DNA of 64,000 nt from Octopus sinensis. Its lineage: Eukaryota. A model generated the notes under the pieces. That model was not told where the DNA came from, did not search any database, and saw only the letters and a program-made list of their open reading frames with translations. Below, piece after piece: positions 39,380-53,725 of the stretch. Within the stretch, counting starts at the first letter, position 1. Each line of letters opens with the position of its first letter. The translations under genes and the position numbers were made by a program. The stretch covers positions 29,264,001 through 29,328,000 of the forward strand of contig NC_042998.1 in NCBI RefSeq assembly GCF_006345805.1, written 5' to 3'.

Positions 39380-39624
39380 TATATATATATATATAAGTGC
39401 ATGTCTATACACATATATATGTACGTATGTATAGACACACAAATTAATAGAATGTATTTTGGCATCATCAAACCAGACATATTTGAGAAATTGTAAAGAA
39501 TAATGCCATAAATGTCAGACGCCAGCTTTGTACTTACATGACTAAAATCGCAGACGCAAAAATCATTCTTAATGTTCTTTTTTCATCACCGTCTGTGATA
39601 CATACATTACGTATGTACGTATTC

Positions 39625-39675
39625 TATATATATATATATATGTAATATCTATACCTTTATATATATATATATATA

Positions 39676-39717
<42 letters not shown>

Positions 39718-39826
39718 ATATGTATATATATATACATACTATATATATATATTATATCCTTTATATGTATATATAATATACATACATATATTATATATAT
39801 ATATATACCTTTATATATATATATAT

Positions 39827-39866
<40 letters not shown>

Positions 39867-40345
39867 ATATGTATATATATATCACATACATATATATATA
39901 ATATATATATATATACTATACCTTATGTATATATATATACATACATATATATAATATATATATATATATACCTTTATATGTATATATATATAATACTTTA
40001 TATGTATATATATATATATACCTTTATATGTATATATATACATACATATATATTATATATATATATACCTTTATATGTATATATATATACATTTATATGT
40101 ATATATATATATATATATACCTTTATATGTATATATATATACGTACATATATATATATATATATATATAATATATATATACCTTTATATGTATATATATA
40201 TACATACATATTACTTTATATATATACCTTTATATGTATATATTATATACCTTTATATGTATAATATATATATATATATATAGATATATACCTTTATATG
40301 TATATATATATATACCTTTATATGTAATATATATAATACATACAT

Positions 40346-40379
<34 letters not shown>

Positions 40380-40408
40380 ATACTTATATGTATATATATA
40401 TACATACC

Positions 40409-40444
<36 letters not shown>

Positions 40445-40592
40445 CCTTTATATGTATATATATATACATACATATATATATATATATATATACCTTTATA
40501 TGTATATATATATACATACATATATATATATATATATGGTATATGTATATATATACCTTTATATATATATATATTATATATATATATATATG
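39625..40592. repeat. TA-based minisatellite with recurring acctttatatgt spacer
   Basis: The spacer recurs throughout the (TA)n tract. Confidence 0.9.
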
Positions 40593-40789
40593 GTTAAGTA
40601 GAGATATTGTGATGTAGGTGACTAATGAATAGAGTGTCGCACAAATTCTGTACGATATTTACTTATCCACTTTTCCGAGTGAGTTTAAATACTGCCTGGT
40701 TAAGCCCCACCCCCTCTGTCATTGTCCTGAGGTCGAAAAAATACGATCCGGTAAAACAGGCTATCGAGTTCATGCAGTTATATAAGCAA

Positions 40790-40825
<36 letters not shown>

Positions 40826-41098
40826 ATCATTATCATTAGGCGCTGATATAGAAAAAATCTGAAATGTTTTTGTTTTAGTTTTTTACTTGTTTGCAGTTAT
40901 TGCAGAGTGGCCAGGCTGGATCACCATTTTGAAGGTTTTAGTCGAAAAGATCAACCTCAACACTTATTTTGAAAAAGAGAATTCTGCTACCTAAGATATC
41001 GATATCTTTTGCCGAACAGCTAAGTGAAGGGGACGTAAATAAACCAACATCGGTTGTCAAGTGGTGGTGGCAGATAAACCAGATACATAATCACATTC

Positions 41099-41138
<40 letters not shown>

Positions 41139-41139
41139 A

Positions 41140-41468
41140 TAAATATTAGGGAATAATCCAATTTACAGGGAAAAAATCAGATTTAGGATTAAATCCAATT
41201 TTATAGTAAAATATTATATATTAATTCGAGACAAAACCACTATTTTGCAAAACAACAAGGAAAGACTTAATCAATACATAAAAATTTTAATATAAATAAA
41301 TTAATAAACAAATAATAATAAATAAATAATAAATAAATAAATAGAAATAAATAAATAAATAAATAAATAGAGAAATAAATATTTCTTTATATTAAAAATT
41401 TTTATGTATTGATTAAGTCTTTCCTTGTTTGTTTTGCAAAATAGTGGTTTTGTCTCGAATTAATTTTA
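41140..41468. mobile_element. Palindromic (TA)n-embedded element, same family as 26500-26712
   Basis: gagacaaaaccactattttgcaaaac..cataaaaatttt arm and its reverse complement around a TAAA-rich loop. Confidence 0.75.
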
Positions 41469-41484
41469 TATATATATATATATT

Positions 41485-41915
41485 TCAACAATTGAGGGTA
41501 AAATTAATTAGTTATTAATCAATTTCACCAAGTATTCAGTATGTAAAGGGACCATTTAAGGCGAATTGAAAATATTACATTGTATAAAAGGGGTTAGTAA
41601 AATAAATTACTTTGCCACATACTGAACTCATTAGAAATAGCAGCCCCAAAAAATTTTTTTTAGCCATTTCTAATACTTAAAGAAAATTTCTCTCAGATAG
41701 TGTTTACTCAAAATAACCCATGAAGGTATGGGGGTAAAAACATTAAAAAATCACAAGTGCAAAGATTATTTGAGAACGCACGTTTCTAGATCAGCCAAAT
41801 ACAATTCGACATTTCTTTCGTCAGCCCAAAATTTCTAATTCGGATTTGGCTGCTATTTCTAATGAGTTCAGTATGTGGCAAAGTAATTTATTTTACTAAG
41901 CCCTTTTATACAATA
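41485..41915. mobile_element. Palindromic (TA)n-embedded element, same family as 62982-63163
   Basis: Arms 41580-41646 / 41848-41914. Confidence 0.75.
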
Positions 41916-41924
41916 TATATATAT

Positions 41925-41970
<46 letters not shown>

Positions 41971-42029
41971 GTGGATGCGTCGCGTTCAATTAAACAATAG
42001 TAATAATAATAATAATGATAATAATATTG

Positions 42030-42068
<39 letters not shown>

Positions 42069-42069
<1 letters not shown>

Positions 42070-42258
42070 TTTATTTAAAAGCAGCAGAAATTAAAAACCT
42101 GTTCCTCGGGGTTTCATGTTCCCGTTCGTCGGACAGTTTTGTCAAAAACTGTCCGACGAATTTCTGCTGCTTTTAAATAAAGCATATTACTCTACCCCTG
42201 GTATTGGAGTACTCTTTTTTCCACTTGTTTCACATTTATGTGTTTAATCCTGTAGAAT
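42069..42258. mobile_element. Palindromic pLTR-like element with hammerhead remnant 42099-42136 (minus); second copy 47638-47780
   Basis: Combined consensus ctgt-CCGACGA-acg(ggaa)cgt-GAAAC-tcaga-GTA-acag. Confidence 0.65.
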
Positions 42259-42544
42259 ATATATATATATATATATAACTTTCGAAACGTAGAGTAGATG
42301 AAACCATAGCGACTGAAGAAGGGTTTTTTTCTTTGTGTTAATTGTCCTGTACTCCATTTTTTTTGTTGTTTTTAAAAAAATGTCCAGTTCCTGGTTTGTG
42401 TCTATGTTTTCGTTTCTCTTTGTGTTCGACGTCCTTTTGGTGTCTTGTACTCATATATGCGTGTATATGTATATGTAGAGGTAGGTACGTACATATATGT
42501 TTATATATATGCATGTGTTTTATTTCATTTATTAATATATATAT

Positions 42545-43470
42545 ACATGTATATATGAGTACAGGACGTCAACAACAGTGCATGTAAAATGAAATACGTA
42601 AACAAACGAGGGAAAAACGAGTGAAATACGTGAACAACGAGAAAAAATGGAAAACAGGACATGTAAACACAGAGAAAGGACCCTTCTTTGTCAGTTATCG
42701 GCTGTCTGTCGACTCTTTATTTCGAGCATTCCACGACAATATCTTCAAAGACAGTTGTTCCAATAAATTCTGAAATAAAATTTAGCACTTATACGGGGTC
42801 AAAGTTGCGACGATGAGGGTCCCAGCTGATACGATCAACGGAACAGCTTGCTCGTGATATTAACGTGCAAGTGGCTGAGCACTCCACAGACACGTGTACT
42901 CTTAACGTAGTTCTCGAGGAGATTCAGCGTGACACAGAGTGTGACAAGGCTGGCCCTTTGAAATACAGGTACAAGAGAAACAGGAAGAAAGAGCGAGAGG
43001 AAGTTGTGGTGAAAGAGTACAGCGGGGTTCACCACCACCCCCTGCCGGAGCCTCGTGGAGCTTTAGGTGTTTTCGCTCAATAAACACTCTCAATGCCCGG
43101 TCTGGGAATCATAACCGCGATCCCCCGACCGCGAGTCCGCTGCCCTAACCACTGGGCCATTTCGCCTCCACAAGTGGAGACATACAAGGAAACCGAACGA
43201 AAACAAACATAAAGCATCGTTAGACCAGAACGAGAAGAAAATAGTGAACGGTGGAGGAAACATTTTTTGGAAAACAGAAAAGAGAGAGAAAACACTCCAT
43301 TCTCTCTCCCCCCCTCTCTCCCCCCCTCTCTCTCTCTCTGTTTGCTTGTCCCGTTTTCCAGCTTTTCTCGTTGTCCACGTATTTCACTCCTTTTCCCTCG
43401 TTTGTTTACGTATTTCATGTTATTTACACTGTTGGTGACGTCCTGTACCCATATATGCATGTATATATAT
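42545..43470. mobile_element. Inverted-repeat element (arms 42545-42670 / 43338-43470) with nested SINE C at 42808-43170 (minus)
   Basis: gaaatacgtaaacaaacgaggg..gtgaaatacgtg and its reverse complement. Confidence 0.75.
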
Positions 43471-44620
43471 ATATTTTTTAAATTAATAATAGAAGGGTAA
43501 AATTTATTAATTAAATTAATTAATTGATCAATTAATTAACAATTTTACCAACTAGATCGGTACGTTAAAATAACCTTTATAGTTAAAATTATCCATATAA
43601 TTATAACTAGGGTTCAGCTAACTGCTTCATCACATACCGAAATTAGAAAAAGGAGTTAAAAATTCCTTCTCTACTACTATAAGAATCTCCATGACTGTAA
43701 ACATACTTTTTTACGAAGGCAAAGAGAAAAGCAATGTATCAACACGACCAGGATTAATAATATACGTGTTTCGAGATCATTTATCATTATTTAATTGAAC
43801 GCGACGCATACATTTCCAAGTAAGTGTATCTTCGCCTTTTTGATGCCACTCCATCTTCTATACTGTTTTCTTCCTCCATCTTTCTCTAATTCCCTTTGTC
43901 TCCCCACCCTCCTTCACTGTTTTCTATCTGTCTTTCTCTCTCTTTCTCCCCCTCTTTATCTTTCTGACGCTGCTCACACGTGATCATCGTCCATCTTTCT
44001 TTTCCTCACGGGACCAACTTTCTTTTCCTGCACGGACGTTTAAAAGAACGGACGTGTTTTCTCTCTCTTCTATCTTTTTCTCTACAAGTCATTACAAGTT
44101 ATTAATATTTACATACAAACGTCCAGGAATGTGTTTAATATGTAAATTAGTATGTCCAATAACGTTACACCGCTATTTGTTGTGGCTATTTCAGCAATGC
44201 GTTGGTGGATGATTAATGTGTTAGATTGGTGCTGATGAAGGAGAAAAAACTCTCGAAATATGGCATATACGACAATTATCCACTGTTTTATTCACGATGT
44301 CGTCATTGTTTGTTTACATCTGGCGTCACGGATTCTAAACGTCGTAACAAAATCAGTGCTGGGTGTAATTTCTATGGAAAATTTATAGAGATGATCTTAA
44401 CAGCTTATTAATAACTATGAGCTATTAATCTTTATGTGAACAGAAGAAAAATATTCTTTTCTTGTTCAGTTTCTAACAAGTTTTGAAACAAGCCAGATTG
44501 TTATCATCTTCAGCGCAAATAGAGATATAAAAAAGGAAACAATACTTACGTCGTAATTGATTCGTTTACTGTTCTCTTAGTAACTAAACTGAATGCGTAT
44601 AAATGATGTAAACTTACACT

Positions 44621-44665
<45 letters not shown>

Positions 44666-44795
44666 TACACACATATCAACGGCACGAGGGAACTTCTGCC
44701 TACTAAATACACAGACAAGGCTTTGGCAGGCTCGAGGTTATAGTACAAGACACTCGCCCAAGGTGTGGCGGTAATTACATTTTAGGCTAGTATAA

Positions 44796-45026
44796 GGCGG
44801 CGAGCTGGCAGAATCGTTGGCACGCCGGGCGAAATGCTTAGCAGTATTTCGTCTGCAGTTACGTTCTGAGTTCAAATTCCGCTGAGGTCGACTTTGCCTT
44901 TCATCCTTTAGGGGTCGATAAATTAAGTACCAGTCACGCACTGGGGTCGATATAATCGACTTAATCCGTTTGTCTGTCCTTGTTTGTCCCCTCTATGTTT
45001 AGCCCCTTGTGGGCAGTAAAGAAATG
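44796..45026 (+). mobile_element. SINE family A between SINE B fragments
   Basis: 24-bp TSD ggtaattacattttaggctagtat. Confidence 0.92.
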
Positions 45027-45144
45027 GGTAATTACATTTTAGGCTAGTATTTATTCTATCGGTTTCGTTTTGTCGAACCGCTAATTTAAGCAGACGTGAA
45101 CACACTAATACCGATTGTCCAAACAGTGGTCGGTGGGAAACATA

Positions 45145-45213
<69 letters not shown>

Positions 45214-45429
45214 GAGTGGTGAAGTGGCAGAATCATCAGAGCGTCAAGAACAAATTGCTTTGCAACATTCTTCCGGCTTACTACGTTCTGAGTTCGAATC
45301 TCCCTGTGGTAAAATTTGCCTTTCTTCATTTAAGTACTGAAATCGACGGTATTGACTGAACCCTTCTTTAAAAGTTGCTGGCCTTGTACCAATAATAGAA
45401 ACTAAAGAGTATTATAGAGATTCAATTTC

Positions 45430-46400
45430 TGGGTCCAATCTCAGTGCCTGGGACCTTGGGCAAGTGTCTTCTATTATAGCCTCGGCTGACCAAAGCGTTT
45501 TGAGTAAATTTGGTAGACAGAAACTGAGAGTAGTGTGTGTGTTGTATGTGTATGTGTGTGTGTGTGTGTGTGTGTGTTTACGTTTGTGCTCCAACACCAC
45601 TTGACAACCGTTTTTGGAGTCTTTACGTCGGCGTAACTTAGCGGTTCGACAAACACATTCTATAGAATTAGTAATAAGCTTAAAATTAAATACCAGGGCT
45701 GATTCATGCGAGTAAAATTTCTTCATGGTGCTGCTCCAATATGGTCGCAATCTAATTACTGAAACAATTAAAACGTAACTGTTTATCTTTTCTTCCGTGT
45801 TAATTGTAAACAAGGGGAAAATCTATTTATATTTATATGAGAGTGGCTATATTTATACTGAAGTGATTTTACTATTATTATTACATTTATCATTTCTTAA
45901 GTATAGCCACGAAACACGTGTCGTTATTCTACCAAATAATACATTTTATTTACTATTTTGCATATTACTTAATCATTGTTATATGTTTTATCTTATATTT
46001 AATCTTTCTATAATATGTAATTTTTCTAAATGGTATAATTCAATTTTTCATTATTGAATTGATAAAATGTGGGTTTTTTTCTAATTTATATTCTACCAAA
46101 TCCACTCAGAAGTCATTGATCGGCCTGAGGCCATAGCAGACGTCACCTGCCCGAAGTATCAAGCAGTGGGACTGACCCCGGAAAAATGTGATTGGGAAAC
46201 AAAATTCTTGTCACACAGCTACGCCCGAGCCTATTGTTTATTTAAGTCCTTGTTATCTAGCGGTTCGGCAAAAGAACCGATAGAATAAGTACCAGACTTG
46301 ACACTAACAATAAGTACTGGTGCCAATTCATTCGATTAAGACAGAATTCTATGAGGCGGTGTCCCAGCATGGCCTAAGACTAATGACGGAAACAAGTAAT
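45430..46400 (+). mobile_element. Diverged SINE B copies (45430-45778; 46093-46232 minus and 46250-46400 plus)
   Basis: Consensus match. Confidence 0.7.
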
Positions 46401-46678
46401 AGATAGAAGTCAAAAGACTAAAGATTAAAGGTGTAAGCAGAGAACTTAAACGCCATTGCGTTGGATGTCTTCCAATGTATGTTTAACATAAAAGCCTGTC
46501 TCGAACAATGAATGTAATTGGTGTAAAATAGCTTATATTACCGATTGAAGCCAAGAATTATCCCTTTTGACAAATTTGACTTTTATCATTACTTCCAATA
46601 ATTTTATCGAATTAAATAAACTTATCTAAATACGTTTCGAGTTGTTTATCAATTTCGATATTTTATTGCGCATAGATG

Positions 46679-47230
46679 GATATTCACTCAGGAAAAAAAT
46701 GGTTTTATTATTATTGAGCTAGCAAGGGCGGCGAGGTGGCAGAATCGTTAGGATGCTGGGTGAAATACTTAGCAGTATTTCCTCTGCCGCTACGTTCTGA
46801 GTTCAAATTCCGCCGAGGTCGACTTTGCCTTTCATCCTTTCGGTATCGATAAATTAAGTACCAGTTATGCACAGGTTCGATGTAATCAACTTAATCCGTT
46901 TGTCTGTCCTTGTTTTTCCTCTCTGAGTTTAGCCCCTTGTGGGTAGAAAAGAAATATATATCGATATTCACTCAGGAAAAAATGCTTTTATTATTATTGA
47001 GCTGGCAAGGGCGGCGAGGTGGCAGAATCGCTAGGATGCTGGGCGAAATGCTTAGCGGTATTTCGTCTGCCGTTACGTTCCGAGTTCAAATTCTGAGGTG
47101 GTCGACTTTGCCTTTCAACATTTCGGGGTCGATTAAATAAGTACCAGTTACGCACAGGGTCAATGTAATCGACTTAATCCGTTTGTCTGTCGCCTCTATG
47201 TTTAGCCCCCTGTGGGCAATAAGCAAATAA
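46679..47230 (+). repeat. Tandem duplication of ~50 bp flank plus SINE A (unit ~284 bp)
   Basis: gatattcactcaggaaaaaa..gagct.gcaagggcggcgaggtggcag occurs at 46679 and 46963. Confidence 0.88.
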
Positions 47231-47267
47231 CTAATAGTAATAATAATAAGAAGAATAGCATCGAAAC

Positions 47268-47450
47268 TTAACTTAGGAATGAAAACCCAGGTTCGAAATT
47301 ACCCCAGGAAACCCGAAGAAGGCTGGAGGGTATATCAGCCGAAACATTGCGTAAACAACAAAAAAGACGAGGACAAATATCCGTCAAATGTAAATAATGT
47401 ACATAATTTCTCACCTCCCAAATATAAAGCTGAATGGTCACCACATATAT
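47268..47450 (+). mobile_element. pLTR-like element with hammerhead remnant 47309-47355
   Basis: CCGAAGA-a-ggctg(gagggtatat)cagcc-GAAAC with a 5-bp stem II; follows a TAA tract. Confidence 0.55.
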
Positions 47451-47571
47451 AATACTCATAAAATAAACACGAGCACACATACACATGCATACATTATTGT
47501 ACATGTTGATCAAATATTATTGCAACCAAGGTATAGATATTTTCTTCCAGCAACCCCATTGCGCCTTATAT

Positions 47572-47638
<67 letters not shown>

Positions 47639-47776
47639 TTTATTTAAGCAGCAGAAAATTCAACAAAACCTGTTACTCTGAGTTTCACGTTCCCGCTTTA
47701 AATAAAGCATATTACTCTACCACTGGTATTTGAGTACTCTTTTTTCCACCTTGTTTCACATTTATGTGTTTACTTC

Positions 47777-47822
<46 letters not shown>

Positions 47823-47829
47823 TATATGT

Positions 47830-48378
47830 GTGTGTGGTAAGAAGCTTGCTTCCCAAACACATGGTTCAGGTTCACTGTCTTATACTATAGCCTCGGGCCG
47901 ACCACAGCTTTGTGAGTCAATTTAGTAAACGGAAACTGAAAGTAGCCTGTCGTATGTTTCTGTCTGCGTTTCCCTCCATCGTTTGAGAACCGATGTTTGT
48001 GTGTTTACATCCCTGTCACATAGCGATTCGCCAAATAGAGAACGATATATTAAGTACTAGGCTTACAAAGAATAAGTCCTGGGATCGATCCGTTCGACTA
48101 AAGGCGGTACTCCAGCATGGCCGCAGTCAAATAACTGAAAAAAGTAAAAGAATAAAAGAATATATATGTGTTGTTAACATATGATTATTTTATTAATATA
48201 AGAAAGATTAACATTATCTAAAGGAGAAGACTTAATGTAGTAGGGTATTAGGAATATATTTGACAGGTACTTCGAATTACCACCGATGCTTAATGCCACT
48301 ATATGGCTAGTAGAACTTCAAAACCACTGTCAATGAAAGCACACATACATGTGCGTGCACTTTGTGTGTGTGCGTGTG

Positions 48379-48423
<45 letters not shown>

Positions 48424-49657
48424 GGGGAGAGAGAGAGAGAGAGAGAGAGAGAGCCTACGTGCCAAATATATATCTTTCAAAGTAGTAATTGTAGACCTAT
48501 GACGAAAGTCTTTTTCTGTTGCAGGAACATTAAATATAATTTAAAATATTAACAATAAAAAAAAATTAAATTAATTTAACGAAATATGTACATTAGAAAT
48601 ATCTGTCATAAGTTTACTCTGAAGCAAGTATTTTAATCCATACATACATGAACACCCTCACAAACACCTACGCTAACATTACTTTCATTGTACATAGTGT
48701 GTGTGGATAATGAAATTTCCTCAGCTGGTGCTGTTGTCTGTGTCTCTAAGTTTACACGAGAAGTCGATGAATCAGACCGCATACTGTTCTGTAATGGAAA
48801 ATGTTCCTTCACCGAAGAACATAACGTTAGTCTCTATTTCATTATTTCACACAGACGTCCGCATGCATTCGCAAAGGGTGGTTACTTCTCGTATGAGAAA
48901 GACGCACTTTTCATAGACAAGACTGTTCAACTTGATAGCACGATGTCTGTATCAAGAAAAACGTTTGCTTGACTCGTAAAGAGATATGATGATGTCTGTA
49001 CACAACTTGTTTACTGAAATTAATGTTTCGGTTTGGTTTTACATTTCGAGTCGCTTGTTATCTAGAGAATGCTTTGTAAGTTATGGTTTTAACCAATTTG
49101 CAGTTTCGAAATTCGGTATCGCGCTTTCAAATACGGAACAACAGCAATCTGACCACTCAGTCGTGAAACTTAAAGCACCAATAGTGTATCTATCCATCCA
49201 TCCATCCATCCATATGGACATATTGTTTCTTTCTCTCACTCATTCTCTCTTTCTCCCTCTGTCTCTGTATGTCTTTTTGTCTCTCTGCCTCTCTCTCTCT
49301 GTCTCTCTGTCTCTCCCTCGATGTATATATGAAAAAGCAAGTCAGGATAGAAAATGCTAAAATAATTTTATAAAGAACATTTCAGTACCGGTTTCAGTCA
49401 TTGTGACTTATTCAACTGTAACAATTAAATAATTAAATTTACAAAAATTAAAAGGAAAGTTTTTTAAAAGAATATTTGTATAGTGTTCAAATATAAGTGG
49501 CACTTTTCTTGTTATATATATATATATAATATATATATATATTTACGTGACCGACCAGACCATCAGATGTTGCTACACATCGCTGGTCACAATGTGTTCG
49601 CATTGTTTTAGCCTTCGATGACGCCACCCTGCTGGCTAAGCGAACAGGCCAATATAT

Positions 49658-49711
<54 letters not shown>

Positions 49712-50223
49712 AAATGTAAATAATGTAAATAATGTACTGAAATAACACTAACTTGCTTTGAAAGGCCTATCATTACTTACAGCACTTCACGTTTTTACTT
49801 GTTTCTCAATAGGTCAAACGTTTTTCTCCCAGTTCTTTTGTTCCTCACTATCGTAAATTGCGAAAGAACCCATGTTCGAATCACACACAGTAGCCTCTTT
49901 GAAAACAGTGTTTTATTGCAATTTCAGATTGCAAGCTAAAAGCTACGTGTAATCATTACTTACCCGTTCTTTCCAGACCAAAATGGTTAGCGTTATTAAC
50001 ACAGGAAGACAATTTCAGTAGCAGATGGGCTATACATACATACATACATACATACATGGTGTGGTTGTGTGGTAAGTAGCTTCTTTACCAACCACATGGT
50101 TACGGGTTCAGTCCCAATGCGTGACACCTTTGGTAAGTGCCTTCTACTATAGCCTTGGGCCGACCAAAGACTTCTGAGTGGATTTTGGTATACGGAAACT
50201 GAAAGAAGCCCGTCGTATGTATG

Positions 50224-50268
<45 letters not shown>

Positions 50269-50527
50269 TTGTATATGTATGTGTGTGTCTGTGTGTGTGT
50301 GTTTGTCTCCCCACCATCACTTAACAACCGATGCTGGTGTGTATATTTCCCCGTAACTTAGTGATTCGGCAAAAGAGACCGATAGGATAAGTACTACGCT
50401 TACAAAGAATTAGTTCTGGGGTAGATTTGTTCCACTAAAGGCTGTGCTCCGCAGTCAAATGACTGAAACAAATAAAAGAATAATATATGTGTGTGCGTGT
50501 GTGTGTGTATATGTATGCACAGACACA

Positions 50528-50565
<38 letters not shown>

Positions 50566-51168
50566 TGTGTATGTAAATAAGTTAAAAATATACGAAACCT
50601 TGGGCATTAACTACAACTTGTTTTCGTCTTGTTTGTCAACAAGTAAATAACATTGAAACGATTTCCGCAGCCCACGGGGGAGCAAGAATATTATTGAAGC
50701 GCAAAAACCGGACACAAGACAATCGGGTAAGTGATTTTTACAGAACATTGCTGTACACACATGCGCATACACCCATTCACGCTCTCTCTCCCTCCCTCTC
50801 TCTCTGACACACACACACGCACACACACAGACACAGACACAGACACACACACACACATACACACACACTTATTTAGACATTTCTGCATTCCATCTGTTGT
50901 ACACATCTACTTCGCAAACTTCTCTATTCTTTCTTTTCTTTTCTTTTACTTGTTTCAGTCATGTGACTGTGGCCATGCTGGAGCACAACTTTTAGTCGAG
51001 CCGATCGACTCCCCCGCAGTCTAGTACTTATTCTATCGGGTCTATTTTGCCGAAACGCTAAGTTACGGGGACGTAAACACTCCGGCATCGGTTGTCAAGC
51101 GATGTTGGGGTGGAGGACAAACACAGACATACAAACATATACACACATACAGACACACACACACACAC

Positions 51169-51213
<45 letters not shown>

Positions 51214-52042
51214 GTATATATGCATATACGACGGGCTTCTTCCAGCTTCCGTCTACCAAATCCACCCACAAGGCTTTGGTCAGCCCGAGGCTATAGTAGA
51301 AGACACTTGCGCAAGGTGCCACGTATTTGGACTGAACCCGGGATCATGTGGTAAGTAAGCAAGCTATTTACCACACAGCCGCTCCTGCGCCTTCATCTTT
51401 TTTAAAAGATTGTTTTCTCATTTCACTTAACCATTAATTTTGGTTAAACGACCGAATAATTCCAAAACTACACAGTCCAATAGCCGTACACCACAACATT
51501 TTGCCGTTAATAAAGTGTAGAAGTCAAATTATATCCGCTACATTAAACTAATAGTTTGTTTAAACAGCAAATCATATGCGTGTTTCTTGATTCTCCTCAA
51601 AAATATATTGCTCAAATTTTATTTCCGATAATATTATAAATAATTTTTGCCTGTGTGGAGTGGCTGTGTGGTAAGTAGCTTGCTAACCAACCACATGATT
51701 CCGGGTTCAGTCCCACTGCGTGGCATCTTGGGCAAGTGTCTTCTGCTATAGCCCCGGGCCGACCAATGCCTTGTGAGTGGATTTGGTAGACAGAAACTGA
51801 AAGAAGCCTGTCGTATATATGTATGTATATATATATGTGTTTGTGTGTCTGTGTTTGTCCCCCTAGCATTGCTTGTGTTTACGTCCCCGTCACTTAGCGG
51901 TTCGGCAAAAGAGACCGATAGAATAAGTACTGGGCTTACAAAGAATAAGTCCCGGGGTCGATTTGCTCGACTAAAGGCGGTGCTCCAACATGGCCGCAGT
52001 CAAATGACTGAAACAAGTAAAAGAGTAAAAGAGTAAGAGTAG
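47830..52042. mobile_element. SINE B cluster: 47830-48160 (+), 50058-50480 (+), 50940-51391 (-), 51655-52042 (+)
   Basis: Each matches the family B consensus. Confidence 0.88.
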
Positions 52043-53416
52043 AGATATTGACTTTCGTAGTAACATATGAAATGTTCTCGAAGAAATAATATGAAGGATG
52101 TTTGGCTCAAAGTCAGTCTGACAATTGATTTTATAATGTATGTTTTGGGGTCAGTAGATTTTATACCCACTACTTTCTACTTCGGACCTAACATTTCTCA
52201 ATAGCATAGAAACTATAATAAATCATCGGAAAGTGTTCAGAAAAATAAGTACTGAATTGAGGCTTGAATAAATTATTGAATTAAGACGCCAGAATTTAGC
52301 CATTCCTGAACTGGGACCGATACGGAAATGCTAGTTTAAAATATTTTATGATACAAAACAGGGAGGAGAGCATTCATATTTAGCCACTCCTACAAGAGAA
52401 GATTTAAAATTTAGTCGCCTGACCTTTTGAACTTGTGAAGGACAAATATATAACGAAAGTCACTATACATCATGTAATCAATGGTTCCGACTTCCTCTCT
52501 GCACGTCAATCACTAGAATATTTGGTAAAGGGATTGGTTTCGTAATTGTTAAACCGTCAAATCTAACACAGATAAATAGCTAAAATCCATGAAAACAATC
52601 TCAAAATATTATCAGGGAAACTGGAAGGATATATAAGCTTTCATTAAACATTCTGAAAGAATGCAGAATGAAAAAAAAAAAAATATGTAGGGAAAAGGAA
52701 GAGAAGCGAACAGTATAGAGTAGTACTATTATTTTAAATACATAAATTAGATTAATTTCTGTGAATAGTGAAAAAAGAAAATGAATTCAAATATTGGAAG
52801 GAGATATATAATGAGATAAATAATGAGCTATTCTGATTGGTTGATGGAGTCTAGTTACTTGTTAGAATGTTAAAACCAACGGTACCTTAATATTGTTGTT
52901 GTTGTTGTGCTGGTCACTGCGATCATCATTGCGGATAGAAGCGCCGTAAACAGAATAAATCTGATTGGCTTATTCCTGTAGTAGAAGTCATCTAACAAAT
53001 AACTTGGTTATTTCATTGTTGGGTTAGATATATAAACAGTTTTTTTTTTTGGTATTTCTTTTGCGTTATGTTGATGTAGAAATGGGTGTGAGAAATACAG
53101 CGTGGGGGAGGAAGGAAGGAGCTAAAATTCTCTCTAAAATAGTAAAGAGAGAAGTCATAGGAAATAACGATATAAAACAATGAATCTGTGCAGATAGAAT
53201 TTATTTTTTCTCTTCGCAACTAATAAAATGATGCTTCGTTCTCACCTAGGGTTATTGCAACTGTCTAAATACTATAACACACAGCAGCAACAACGACGAC
53301 GACGATGATGACGATAATGACAGTAATATTAATTAATTAATTATTATTAATAATAATGATAATAATAATAATAATTTATTGGCTAAACTGGCAAAATGAC
53401 CATTCCGAAATATAAA

Positions 53417-53461
<45 letters not shown>

Positions 53462-53464
<3 letters not shown>

Positions 53465-53646
53465 CCTTTATACTATCGACACAAGGTCTGAAAGTGTTTG
53501 GGAGGGGAATAGTAGACATTGACCCACCCAGTGTTTTACTGGTACTTAATTTATCGACCAGTAAAGGGAGGAAAAGGAAAGTCGACTTCGGCGGAATTTG
53601 AACTGACAACGTAGTGACGGTCCGCTAAGTATTTCTTCTACCGCCT
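53462..53646 (-). mobile_element. Old SINE A (tail2) with (TAA)n expansion
   Basis: Diverged consensus match. Confidence 0.75.
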
Positions 53647-53693
53647 TATTGATGATGATGATGATGATGATGATAATAATAATAATAATAATA

Positions 53694-53725
<32 letters not shown>

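Noticed and set aside
39625-40592. CRISPR-like repeat/spacer periodicity
   Set aside because: The 'spacers' are only (TA)n; it is a eukaryotic minisatellite with no cas genes.
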